From an uncultured Thermotogae bacterium (GTDB lineage Bacteria; Bipolaricaulota; Bipolaricaulia; UBA7950; UBA9294), in the NCBI GenBank assembly GCA_964550615.1, contig CAZKAB010000001.1:76786-140785 (forward strand): 64,000 nucleotides of DNA, written 5' to 3'. The position numbers were made by a program, and so were the translations under genes. Shown piece after piece: positions 17,641-29,238 of this stretch. The notes beneath the pieces were generated by a model. That model searched no databases, was not told where the DNA came from, and saw nothing but the letters and a program-made list of their open reading frames with translations. Position 1 is the first letter of the stretch; each line of letters starts with the position of its first letter.

Positions 17641-17729
17641 GGAGGGGTGGGAGAGCGGCCGAATCCGCCAGTTTGGAGAACTGGTGTACCTTCTGGGTAC
17701 CGCGGGTTCAAATCCCGCCCCCTCCGCCA
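17641..17729 (+). tRNA. tRNA-Ser (anticodon GGA), long variable arm, CCA encoded
   Basis: Hand fold. The acceptor is GGAGGGG/CCCCTCC and the D arm GGA-GAGCGGCCGAA-TCC. The anticodon arm CCAGT-TTGGAGA-ACTGG gives anticodon GGA. The variable arm is GTACC-TTCTG-GGTAC and the T arm GCGGG-TTCAAAT-CCCGC, followed by G-CCA. Confidence 0.9.
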
Positions 17730-17730
17730 A

Positions 17731-18001
17731 CGCCTGTGCTAGGTGGGGGGCTAGCGGTCCCCTACATCCACAACCCGCTACAGTGGAACCGAAGGGTTTC
17801 CCGAGGGAGAAGGAAACAGTGTCTGCCTTGGATAAGCGGTGATGAGGGTTGAGCCCTCTGCGGCGCATGCCTGTGAACCCCGTCAGGCCCGGAAGGGAGC
17901 AGCGGTAAGCAAGCCTCTGCGGGTGTTAGAGGATTACTTGGCCTGAGCTGGCTGTCCAAGAAGCGGCTGGAGTCTTGTTTCGACGGAACCATGCACAGGC
18001 G
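17731..18001 (+). ncRNA. ffs: Signal recognition particle RNA, long (Alu-domain-containing, about 271 nt) form
   Basis: The conserved helix-8 region GTCAGGCCCGGAAGGGAGCAGCGG includes the GGAA tetraloop (compare E. coli 4.5S GUCAGGUCCGGAAGGAAGCAGCC). A 9-bp closing helix pairs CGCCTGTGC (17731-17739) with GCACAGGCG (17993-18001). The length matches Bacillus-type or archaeal-type SRP RNA. Confidence 0.85.
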
Positions 18002-18065
18002 GTCAATTGGAATTGAGCGTTCTTGTTCGTTCATTCTCTCACATGTTCATTACACACCGCCTGCT

Positions 18066-18090
18066 GACCGCCGCCCGCTTGTGCTATGAT
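18066..18090 (+). promoter_or_regulatory. Candidate extended -10 promoter for thpR-archease-rtcB (TGcTATGAT)
   Basis: TG is at 18082-18083 and TATGAT at 18085-18090. There is only a weak -35 (GCTGAC) 16 nt upstream. The thpR ATG lies 18 nt downstream, preceded by GGAGGAAG. Confidence 0.4.
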
Positions 18091-18107
18091 CGGTAGCGGA
18101 GGAAGAA

Positions 18108-18668
18108 ATGCGAACATTCTTATGCATTCCGATTGACCGTGGGCATCGCGATAAGATCGCCGAATTGTCACAAGAGTTAAGGTCTCAAATCGACACGCAC
18201 GCATCTTGGGTTGCGCCCGAGAACTATCATATTACGGTGCGGTTTCTCGGCGACATCGCCCCAATGCTGACCGTTGATCTCGAACGGGCATGTCGTGAGA
18301 TAACGGTTGGCACGCCCGCTTTTTCCGTGCCGATAGATCGCGTAGGCGCTTTCCCGTCACTGGACCAACCGCGAGTCGTGTGGGTGGGAGGTGAAGCAGT
18401 GCCGCCGTTCCGACGACTTCTTTCAAAGATCGGCGATGCGCTCATCCCATTGGGATTTCCGCAGTCACGTGAAGAGACATTCGCCCATGTCACTTTGGCG
18501 CGCATCAAGGGGCGGATTCGCCCGTCATTCGATGCATCAATGGCTGGGTTGGGAAGGAAGATAGCCTGGAATCTACGTGCTGATAGGCTAGTCCTCATGG
18601 AGAGCAAGCTCACATCGCGCGGCGCGGTCTACTACCCGCTGTTTACGCTGCCGCTTGCAGGAGAATGA
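18108..18668 (+). CDS. thpR: RNA 2',3'-cyclic phosphodiesterase (2H phosphoesterase, ThpR/LigT)
   Basis: It has two H-x-T/S-x motifs (HITVRF and HVTLAR) at the spacing expected for the 2H superfamily; 186 aa. Confidence 0.85.
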   Translation: MRTFLCIPIDRGHRDKIAELSQELRSQIDTHASWVAPENYHITVRFLGDIAPMLTVDLERACREITVGTPAFSVPIDRVGAFPSLDQPRVVWVGGEAVPPFRRLLSKIGDALIPLGFPQSREETFAHVTLARIKGRIRPSFDASMAGLGRKIAWNLRADRLVLMESKLTSRGAVYYPLFTLPLAGE

Positions 18669-18674
18669 GGATCA

Positions 18675-19097
18675 TTGGCATTTGAGTATCTCGATCACAC
18701 GGCCGATGCTTGTCTGCGTGCAAGCGGCGGCACAGCCGCACACGCGTTCTGCGAGGCTGCAAAGGCAATGTTCAATCTGATGGTCCCTCTCGATAGCATC
18801 ACACCGAGAGACAGCATCGACGTCTCGGTAGAGGCCGACCGGTTCGATCTTCTCCTCGTAGAGTGGTTGGGAGCATTGTTATCTAGCATGGGCACTACCG
18901 GTCTTGTGTTCTCTCAATTCGACGTCGAGATCGATCGTATTGCAGGGTGCCTCGTCCTCAAGGGAAAGGCGACGGGAGAAACCTTCGACCCCGAAAGACA
19001 TGAAGCGATAAACGAAGTGAAGGGAATCTCCTATGCCGGCTTGTATGCGCGCAGCGAGGGAGATAGGTTCGTCGTCCAATGCGTGGTTGATATCTAG
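18675..19097 (+). CDS. Archease (RtcB activator)
   Basis: 140 aa. The N-terminal FEYLDHTADA motif is diagnostic of archease. It uses a TTG start at 18675 and lies directly upstream of rtcB. Confidence 0.85.
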   Translation: MAFEYLDHTADACLRASGGTAAHAFCEAAKAMFNLMVPLDSITPRDSIDVSVEADRFDLLLVEWLGALLSSMGTTGLVFSQFDVEIDRIAGCLVLKGKATGETFDPERHEAINEVKGISYAGLYARSEGDRFVVQCVVDI

Positions 19098-19106
19098 GGA
19101 GGATCC

Positions 19107-20567
19107 TTGGTCGACATGCTGCCGCTGGAGCAAATGGGTGAATCGGAATGGCTACTTGCAAAGCATGGTGCGATGCGCGTGCCGGCGCGAATCATCGCCG
19201 ATGAGTCTACTATCTCTCAGCTATGCAATGATGTTGCCGATCGAGTGGAGTGGAACGCGTTGCGGCAGTTGTATGACGTCGCATGCCTGCCCGGCATTGT
19301 CGGTGACGCCGTCGCCCTACCCGACGTTCATCCCGGATATGGTTTCCCCATCGGGAGCGTCGCGGCATTCGATGCTTCGGACGGGGTAGTAGTCGTCGGC
19401 GGGGTTGGGTTCGACATCAATTGCGGCGTGCGCCTTCTCGCTACCCCGCTTGACCTGCCCGTGCTCATGGCGCAGCTCACGGCGGTTGCAGACGAGCTGT
19501 TCCAAACGGTACCCGCCGGACTGGGATCACAAGGGACTCTCCGTCTTGCAATCAAGGAAATCGACGCGCTTCTTGAACAGGGAGCGCGATACGTTATCGA
19601 ACGCGGATACGGAGTTGAGGATGATCTCAAGTTCACGGAGGCGGGAGGGTGCATGTCCGACGCCGACCCGACAGTAGTGGGGACTATTGCCAAACAGCGG
19701 GAATTCCGGCAAATCGGAACGCTCGGCGCAGGAAACCACTATCTTGAGTTGCAGAAGGTGGAAGAGATTCTCGATCCGCCCGCAGCGGCGATCTACGGCT
19801 TGACGCAAGGACAGATCGTCGTCTCTATCCATACCGGATCGCGTGCCCTCGGGCATCAGATCGGCCAAGACTATCTCAAGCTAATGGAGCAGGCAAGCAG
19901 GCGATACCAGTTCATGACTGGCGTGCGCGAACTTGCTTGCGCGCCGATCAAGAGCGACGAAGGGCAGCGCTACCTACGCGCCATCGCGTGCGGCGCCAAC
20001 TGTGCGTTCGCCAATCGTCAAGTAATCGCTCACCTTGTGCGTATGGCACTACACCGCATATTCGGCATCGAGCACGCCGCTGTACGCACCGTGTACGATA
20101 TCGGGCACAATAACGCCAAGTTCGAACGCCATATTGTGGATGGGACGGAAAGATCCGTGCTTGTTCATCGGAAGGGGGCGACACGCGCATTCGGCCCCGG
20201 CCGTGGAGATTGTCCGCCGACCTACCGTGAGGTCGGCCATCCCACGCTCGTGGGAGGCACCATGGGTACCTCATCGTATGTCATGCGCGGCACGGAAACC
20301 GGGATGCGGAAAGCATTCGGAAGCGGCATACACGGAGCCGGCCGAGCGCTATCGCGCAAGAAGGCGGCAAAGAGGTACTGGGGGGAAGGGGTCAAGAAGG
20401 AATTGGCCAAGCGCGGGATTGTGCTGCGCGCCCACAGCTTGCGCGGGATCGCCGAAGAAGCCCCCGGGGCATATAAGGACGTAGAGCGCGTTGTTGCAGC
20501 AGCAGCCAAAGCCGGCATCAACCAGCCGGTCGCACGCCTTACCCCGATCATCGTCCTGAAAGGATGA
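19107..20567 (+). CDS. rtcB: RNA 3'-phosphate/2',3'-cyclic phosphate ligase RtcB
   Basis: 486 aa with RtcB motifs: LPDVHPGYGFPIG, GFDINCGVR, AGNHYLE, HTGSRALGH and the C-terminal GIHGAGR region. Confidence 0.95.
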   Translation: MVDMLPLEQMGESEWLLAKHGAMRVPARIIADESTISQLCNDVADRVEWNALRQLYDVACLPGIVGDAVALPDVHPGYGFPIGSVAAFDASDGVVVVGGVGFDINCGVRLLATPLDLPVLMAQLTAVADELFQTVPAGLGSQGTLRLAIKEIDALLEQGARYVIERGYGVEDDLKFTEAGGCMSDADPTVVGTIAKQREFRQIGTLGAGNHYLELQKVEEILDPPAAAIYGLTQGQIVVSIHTGSRALGHQIGQDYLKLMEQASRRYQFMTGVRELACAPIKSDEGQRYLRAIACGANCAFANRQVIAHLVRMALHRIFGIEHAAVRTVYDIGHNNAKFERHIVDGTERSVLVHRKGATRAFGPGRGDCPPTYREVGHPTLVGGTMGTSSYVMRGTETGMRKAFGSGIHGAGRALSRKKAAKRYWGEGVKKELAKRGIVLRAHSLRGIAEEAPGAYKDVERVVAAAAKAGINQPVARLTPIIVLKG

Positions 20568-20575
20568 AACAGTAG

Positions 20576-21880
20576 TCAGTGCCGCGTGAATGCGCGCGCA
20601 TGGTGGGCGATCGCCCGCGCCAGTTTACGCGGGTCGTGCTTAACCGTCTGCTTACCCTCAAGTTCAACGAACCCTAGCAGGTCGGCACTTATCACACTAA
20701 TCTGGTAGTCATTCTCCGATGGCAGATCGTTTCTCACCGGCTCTGATGACTCTTCGCGATAGCCGGCGAGGAGTTCGTCCGGGGGAAGCGCGCGGTTCAC
20801 CAGAACGCTGTCGAATACGCGCAGGTCGATATACTGTGAGAGGACGGCCAGGTGGTCGCTGAGCGAGAACCCGTCGGTTTCACCTGATTGCGTCATCAGA
20901 TTACCGATCAGCATTTTCTCCGCAGCGGCAGCCTCTATCGCGTCGGCGATTCCGTCTACCAACAGATTGGGAACAACGCTTGTGAACAGACTACCTGGAC
21001 CGAGAAGGATGAGGTCGGCCGTAGAAATCGCATCCAGTACGCGATAATACGGAGCGACGTTTCTCTTGGACAGTTCGATGCTCACGATCCTGCGCGGATC
21101 GGCCGTGATATGACTCTCCCCTTCCACCCACTCGGAGTCTCCCATCTGCGCCCGCAGATGAGTTTTCTCCAGCGTCGCGGGAAGCACCTTGCCCCTCACA
21201 TTCAGAATATAGCTCATCTCCTCCACGGCGCGATCGAACCCTCCTGTCGCCTGTTCCAGGCCGACAAGCAAGAGGTTCCCGAGAGAATGGCCGGCAAGAT
21301 CGGCCTTCCCCCAGAAGCGATGCTGAAACAGACGCGCCATCCTCTCTTCGTCCTCGGCCAACGCTAGAATGCAGTTGCGAATGTCGCCGGGAGGGAGCAC
21401 ATCAAGTTCTGTTCGCAACCTGCCCGAGCTACCGCCATCATCCATCACCGTTACAACGGCCGTGATGTTAGATGTCTCTTCCTTCAAACCGCGCAGGAGA
21501 GTGGATAGCCCCGTGCCGCCACCGAGAGCCACTACGTGCGGACCTCGCCGTAGTACGCGCGTACGATAGATGATCTGCGACGGCCTGTCGGCGCGCCCCG
21601 GCGCGATTGCGCGCGCCACCGACCGCACCAGTCGATAGAGAGAAAAGAAGAATCCTGTCGCGCCGATGGCAAGCGCGAGAGCCACAACAAGATGGCGAAG
21701 ATATGCCTGCTGCGGAAGCAGTAGATAGAGCTTCATTACGTGCGCCTTCCCAACGGCCTCGAGCAGGGCAAGAAGGACAAGTGACATTGAGACAGCAGCA
21801 AGGATCGTCCATCGTTTGACGCGCATCCCGGGATAGAGCCAGCGAAGCGCTTGCCTAGTCCGCACAGCCCTCACCGGCAC
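20576..21880 (-). CDS. YvcK/CofD-like (UPF0052, gluconeogenesis factor family) protein with an N-terminal membrane extension
   Basis: The core motifs VVALGGGTGLSTLLRGLK and LILLGPGSLFTSVVPNL are present. The start is uncertain: GTG 21880 overlaps the dnaE 3' end by 26 nt, and ATG 21826 (MRVKRWTIL) is the alternative. Confidence 0.8.
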   Translation of the reverse strand: MPVRAVRTRQALRWLYPGMRVKRWTILAAVSMSLVLLALLEAVGKAHVMKLYLLLPQQAYLRHLVVALALAIGATGFFFSLYRLVRSVARAIAPGRADRPSQIIYRTRVLRRGPHVVALGGGTGLSTLLRGLKEETSNITAVVTVMDDGGSSGRLRTELDVLPPGDIRNCILALAEDEERMARLFQHRFWGKADLAGHSLGNLLLVGLEQATGGFDRAVEEMSYILNVRGKVLPATLEKTHLRAQMGDSEWVEGESHITADPRRIVSIELSKRNVAPYYRVLDAISTADLILLGPGSLFTSVVPNLLVDGIADAIEAAAAEKMLIGNLMTQSGETDGFSLSDHLAVLSQYIDLRVFDSVLVNRALPPDELLAGYREESSEPVRNDLPSENDYQISVISADLLGFVELEGKQTVKHDPRKLARAIAHHARAFTRH

Positions 21881-24800
21881 GCACCTGCACGCATCCGGCG
21901 CCCAGGATTTCTTCGAACCGCTCTTTCAACGCATTACATGGATTGACGGAGAATTCCTTACCCGCACGCACCATGAAACCGCCTTCTCCGTCGGCCACGC
22001 GGAGAATAAGCGGGGAACTGCCAGGAAATTCCCGCGCCAACGATCGCAACCGTCCCAGTCGAGTCGCGTCGATATCGTCTTCAGCAAGAGTGACACTCAC
22101 CGCGAGGTTCATGCGCTCGGGAAGACGGTCAAGGGAAAGCACTTCCTCCGCAATCAGGTTGACTTCTCCGTTGCGACGCCCAACAGAAACGCGTAACGCT
22201 GCGAAGCTGTCTTCGGCGAGAAACTGCAAGGCGTTCTCCAAGACGCGCGGAAAGACAGTGACCTCGGCCTCGTCAGCACTGTCGCTAACGGTGACGAACG
22301 CCATCTGATCGCCCTTCCTCGTGGCAATACACCGCATCGCAGTAACTCTGCCTCCGAGCATCGCCGTCTGGCCTTCACGCAGGTCGGAGACATCAGCGAG
22401 CGGCCGGCAGTAAAGCGAGAGGATTTCGCGGTATTGTTCGATCGGATCGGCGCTGATGTACAGTCCCAGGAGCTCCTTCTCGAACCGAAGAAGATCATCC
22501 TGCGCAAACTCGGTCTCAGGTACTGTGGGATCGATGGCTTCTTTCGCCGATCCGCCGAAAAACGATTGTTGTCCGCTATGCCGCTCGTGACACGCGACCT
22601 GCATCATCTCCATCCCCTGCGATACGTGTTGCAGCAGTCCGCGGCGGGATGACCCGAAACCGTCAAACGCGCCCGCCTTGATCAGCGCCTCCAATGTCTC
22701 TCGATCGACCGTGTCAACGCGGCGACAGAGATCGAAGAACGAGGAGAAGCCATCGCCGCGTGCGTCAAGGATTGCGGCAACCGCACCGGCGCCAACATTC
22801 TTGACCGCCGCCAGCCCGAATCGGATCCGCCGATCTGCGCCCGGGGTAAAGCTCGCCTCACTCTCATTGATGTCCGGCGGGAGGACATCAATCTCCATCC
22901 GCCGACACTGGCTGATGTATGCGGCGACCTTGTCCAAATCTCCCTGCACGCTCGCCAGCAGGCTTGCCATGAAGTGGGTTGGGTAGTTGGCCTTGAGATA
23001 CGCAGTCCAGTAGGAAACAAACGCGTAGGCGGTGGTGTGCGATTTGTTGAACCCGTAGCGGGAAAACTTCTCCATGTCGTCGAAAGACTGCGTGGCAATC
23101 TGCTTGGAAATGTCGTTTTTCAGACATCCGGCAATGAATTTCTCACGCATGCTCGCCATGATGTTCTTCTTCTTCTTCCCCATTGCCTTTCTGAGAATAT
23201 CGGCCTCGGCAAGCGTGAATCCCGCAAGTTTCTGCGCCATCAACATTACCTGATCCTGATAGATGGGAAGCCCGTATGTCTCTTCAAGAACTTCCTTGAG
23301 ACTCGGGTGGGGATATGAGACCTTCTGCCGCCCGTGGCGACGGGCAACGTAATCGTCTGTCATTCCACTCTCCAACGGGCCCGGACGATACAGAGCAAGA
23401 AGAGCAATTAAATCTTCGAATCGATCCGGCTGCACTCTCCGGATCAAAGAGGTCATGCCACTGCTTTCAAGCTGAAAAATCCCAGCTGTCTCTCCCGCCC
23501 TGACCAACTCGTAGGTCTTCTCATCGTCGAGCGGTACTTTGTCGAGATCAACCTCCACCCCCGCATGATCGCGGAGCGAGGCGCAGGTCTCATCGAGCAA
23601 CGTGAGATTGCGCAGGCCGAGGAAGTCGAACTTGAGCAGACCGATCGATTCGACATCCGTCATGTCGTACTGTGTCACGATCTCGCCATCACTCAGACGG
23701 AGAAGCGGCACGTGCGCCTGCAACGGACGTGCGGCTATAACCACTCCGGCAGCATGGGTGGAGGAATTGCGCGTGAGCCCCTCCAGACGGTAGCCGATAT
23801 CGATGATCCGCTTGACCTCAGGATCGTTGTCACACAGGCTTCTTAGCTCCGCCACGCCCTCGACAGCCGCTCGCAGCTTGAGCCCGTACGGGATGAGTTT
23901 TGCCAGTCGGTCAGTCGTTCCGTAGGGCACTCCGAGCACACGCCCCACGTCGCGAACTACGCTGCGCGCCGCCATCCGGTCGTAGGTCGCGATCTGTGCG
24001 GTGCGATCTCGTCCATACTTCTGCTGCACATACGAGATCACTTGATCCCGACCTTTAACACAGAAATCGATGTCGAAGTCCGGCATACTCACGCGATCCG
24101 GATTGAGGAATCGTTCGAAAATCAGGTTGTAGCGCAACGGGTCGACCCGGGTAATCCCGAGGCAGTACGAAACAAGGCTCCCGGCAGCAGAACCACGCCC
24201 TGGCCCGACCGGAATATGATTCTCACGCGAGAAACGGATGAAATCCCAAACAATTAGGAAGTACGTAGCGTACTGCATCCGCTCGATCACGCCCAGTTCA
24301 TATTCCAACCGCTCTTCCACCGTCGTGGTCAGTTCTCCATACAGGTCTCGTGCCCCACGGTAGGCAAGATCATGCAGGCGCGCATCGGCGGTCACGCCCT
24401 CAGGGAGAGAGAATGGAGGGATGACAGTGTGGCCGAATACCACTTCCAGATTGCATCGATCGGCAATCTTGCGCGTGTTTTCTATCGCCTCCGGTACGTC
24501 GGCAAACAGTTCCTCCATCTCGCGCGGCGAACGAAAGTGGAACCCGTCGCCGTCGAATCTCATCCGATCTTCATCGGTTATCTTCTTGTTGGCGCGGATG
24601 TTCAATAGGACCTCGTGCGCCAACCGGTCCTCCGGCGTCAGATAGTGGGTGTCGTTCGTCGCCACAAGCGGGAGATCGAGATCGCGGGCAAGGCCAACAA
24701 GCTTCTCGCGCAACACCCGATCCGACTCCGTGCCATGATCTTGCAGTTCGAGGTAGAAGTTCTCCGCACCGAAGATGTCGGCATACTCGCCTGCGGCATC

Positions 24801-25271
24801 TCGTGCCGCCTGTTCGCGCCCGGCCAACAACAGCCGAGGAACTTCCCCGCTCTGACACGCAGAAAGTGCTATCAGCCCCTCTCTGTGTTGTCTCAGCAGC
24901 TCCTTGTCGGCACGCGGCTTGTAGTAGAAACCTTCTGTCTGTGCGAGGCTTACGATGGAGACAAGATTCTCGTATCCTTGCGCATCGGTCGCCAGCAGTA
25001 CGAGATGATAGTACTTGTCGCCGTTCTGCGCCTTGAGATCGCGTCTATCGCCTGGCGCAACGTAGATCTCGCAACCGATGATCGGTTTGATCCCGCGGCG
25101 CTTTGCCTCGCGATAGAACTTGATCGCGCCACTCATCACTCCGTGATCGGTAATGGCAAGCGAATCCATCCCATACTCGGCCGTGCGGTCGAGAAGATCA
25201 GCGATCTTGCAGGATGAGTCGAGGATGCTGTATTCGGAATGCGTGTGAAGATGAACGAATCGCTCAGCCAA
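21855..25271 (-). CDS. dnaE: DNA polymerase III alpha subunit
   Basis: 1138 aa with an N-terminal PHP domain (HLHTHSEYSILDS), a polymerase core (PDFDIDF) and a C-terminal OB region. It uses a TTG start at 25271 with GGGGA 6 nt upstream. Confidence 0.95.
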   Translation of the reverse strand: MAERFVHLHTHSEYSILDSSCKIADLLDRTAEYGMDSLAITDHGVMSGAIKFYREAKRRGIKPIIGCEIYVAPGDRRDLKAQNGDKYYHLVLLATDAQGYENLVSIVSLAQTEGFYYKPRADKELLRQHREGLIALSACQSGEVPRLLLAGREQAARDAAGEYADIFGAENFYLELQDHGTESDRVLREKLVGLARDLDLPLVATNDTHYLTPEDRLAHEVLLNIRANKKITDEDRMRFDGDGFHFRSPREMEELFADVPEAIENTRKIADRCNLEVVFGHTVIPPFSLPEGVTADARLHDLAYRGARDLYGELTTTVEERLEYELGVIERMQYATYFLIVWDFIRFSRENHIPVGPGRGSAAGSLVSYCLGITRVDPLRYNLIFERFLNPDRVSMPDFDIDFCVKGRDQVISYVQQKYGRDRTAQIATYDRMAARSVVRDVGRVLGVPYGTTDRLAKLIPYGLKLRAAVEGVAELRSLCDNDPEVKRIIDIGYRLEGLTRNSSTHAAGVVIAARPLQAHVPLLRLSDGEIVTQYDMTDVESIGLLKFDFLGLRNLTLLDETCASLRDHAGVEVDLDKVPLDDEKTYELVRAGETAGIFQLESSGMTSLIRRVQPDRFEDLIALLALYRPGPLESGMTDDYVARRHGRQKVSYPHPSLKEVLEETYGLPIYQDQVMLMAQKLAGFTLAEADILRKAMGKKKKNIMASMREKFIAGCLKNDISKQIATQSFDDMEKFSRYGFNKSHTTAYAFVSYWTAYLKANYPTHFMASLLASVQGDLDKVAAYISQCRRMEIDVLPPDINESEASFTPGADRRIRFGLAAVKNVGAGAVAAILDARGDGFSSFFDLCRRVDTVDRETLEALIKAGAFDGFGSSRRGLLQHVSQGMEMMQVACHERHSGQQSFFGGSAKEAIDPTVPETEFAQDDLLRFEKELLGLYISADPIEQYREILSLYCRPLADVSDLREGQTAMLGGRVTAMRCIATRKGDQMAFVTVSDSADEAEVTVFPRVLENALQFLAEDSFAALRVSVGRRNGEVNLIAEEVLSLDRLPERMNLAVSVTLAEDDIDATRLGRLRSLAREFPGSSPLILRVADGEGGFMVRAGKEFSVNPCNALKERFEEILGAGCVQVRAGEGCAD

Positions 25272-25273
25272 CC

Positions 25274-25588
25274 CTAATCCCCTTCGATAAAGATGACCTT
25301 CTCCTCCCCCGGTTTCACCAATCCCAGCTTGTCGCGCGCAATCCGTTCAATTGTTTCCAAATCATCGCGGTTGGAGAACTGGGCGCGCAAATCGGCCTGT
25401 TCGGTTAGTGCAACAGCTTCCTCTGCGCTGAGATCCGCCACCTGATACCGCAATAGGTTGATAGTAACAAACCGAACGGCATAGAGAGAGGCAAGGAGAA
25501 GGAACACAAGCACAGCCACCCAAACCAAGGCATGCCGCCCTCTTCGGGGTGCTTGCTGTGAATGCCAAGCGTTTTCATACACGCGCAT
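25274..25588 (-). CDS. ftsB: Septum formation initiator (FtsB/DivIC family)
   Basis: 104 aa with a single N-terminal TM helix, a coiled coil, and the C-terminal motif IERIARDKLGLVKPGE typical of the family. Confidence 0.7.
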   Translation of the reverse strand: MRVYENAWHSQQAPRRGRHALVWVAVLVFLLLASLYAVRFVTINLLRYQVADLSAEEAVALTEQADLRAQFSNRDDLETIERIARDKLGLVKPGEEKVIFIEGD

Positions 25589-25620
25589 TCCCCCCTCTCC
25601 TTACCCCACCCGTGTCTATT

Positions 25621-28580
<2,960 letters not shown>

Positions 28581-28792
28581 CTTATTTACCTCCTTAACAT
28601 TGCAATTGCCTCTCTCCCTTCCTGCAACTATACAATACGTGCCAAACACCACCTCCCAACACAGCGCTTATCCCTTATGATGCAACAGGGAGAGCCCTGC
28701 TACTTACAATCCGTAGACTTATCGTCGTCTTTTTGGAGTGCTCCGGTATTATACCACAAAGTAAGTCAATTGTCAACCATCTGGTAATACAC

Positions 28793-28821
28793 TTGACGTA
28801 TGACAATTGGAGTGATATACT
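28793..28821 (+). promoter_or_regulatory. Candidate sigma70 promoter (TTGACG-N17-TATACT) for the zinc-ribbon gene, implying a very short leader
   Basis: TTGACG is at 28793-28798 and TATACT at 28816-28821. The ATG at 28832 lies only 10 nt after the -10 box. Confidence 0.5.
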
Positions 28822-28831
28822 GTATGGTGAG

Positions 28832-28996
28832 ATGGCAAAAATTAGGCTTGAGGGGTATCGGTGTGAGCGGTGCGGGCATGAGTGGGTGCCGCGCAACAAG
28901 GAAGAGAAGCCACTTGTATGCCCGAAGTGCAAGAGTCCATACTGGAACAGGCCCAGGGGATCTGACCTGTCGCATCGTGGGGAGCGGGAGAAGTGA
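28832..28996 (+). CDS. Small zinc-ribbon protein (54 aa), unknown function
   Basis: This is the C-terminal part of ORF 28733..28996. MAKIRLEGYRCERCGHEWVPRNKEEKPLVCPKCKSPYWNRPR carries two CxxC pairs. It lies in a low-GC segment and has its own promoter-like site. Confidence 0.55.
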   Translation: MAKIRLEGYRCERCGHEWVPRNKEEKPLVCPKCKSPYWNRPRGSDLSHRGEREK

Positions 28997-29238
28997 GTGC
29001 AAAGCTTGATACGATCCAACATCGTGCCTGCATGGACCTCTTGTCTTCGACGACGGATGGCACGGCTCAATTGGTGGCATCTTCCACACCATACAACCTT
29101 GGCAAGGAATACGAAACACTGAAAGCACCAGTTTAGCAGCGTAGAGCCTCGACGGAATGTGTGCGCACCCTTTCGGGTGAAGGTTCACTAGGTGTGACGG
29201 GTTGGAGCCATATCAGACAAGGGCTGTCTCGTTCCGCT
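28993..29238 (+). pseudogene. Decayed remnant of an N4/N6 DNA methyltransferase (beta-class, N-terminal DPPY-type motif)
   Basis: My translation from GTG 28993 (GTGA overlap with the upstream stop) gives VSAKLDTIQHRACMDLLSSTTDGTAQLVASSTPYNLGKEYETLKAPV, then TAG (29134-29136). The same frame continues as QRRASTECVRTLSGEGSLGVTGW... to TGA at 29236-29238. The first part resembles the ..GDC.elL..lpd.svdLi.tSPPYN.gk.Y N-terminus of such methyltransferases. ECVRTLSGEGSL resembles the ..RVLKpgGsl motif. It is far too short for a functional enzyme. Confidence 0.45.

Noticed and set aside
17436-17711. The N-terminal extension of ORF 17202..17711.
   Set aside because: It would run antisense through tRNA-Ser and its promoter. 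A strong SD supports the internal start at 17435.
28581-28700. A TGGCAC motif upstream of the peptide-binding protein gene, considered as a sigma54 promoter.
   Set aside because: There is no correctly spaced TTGC element. The GG-N10-GC spacing is not met (TGGCAC-N11-TTGCA).
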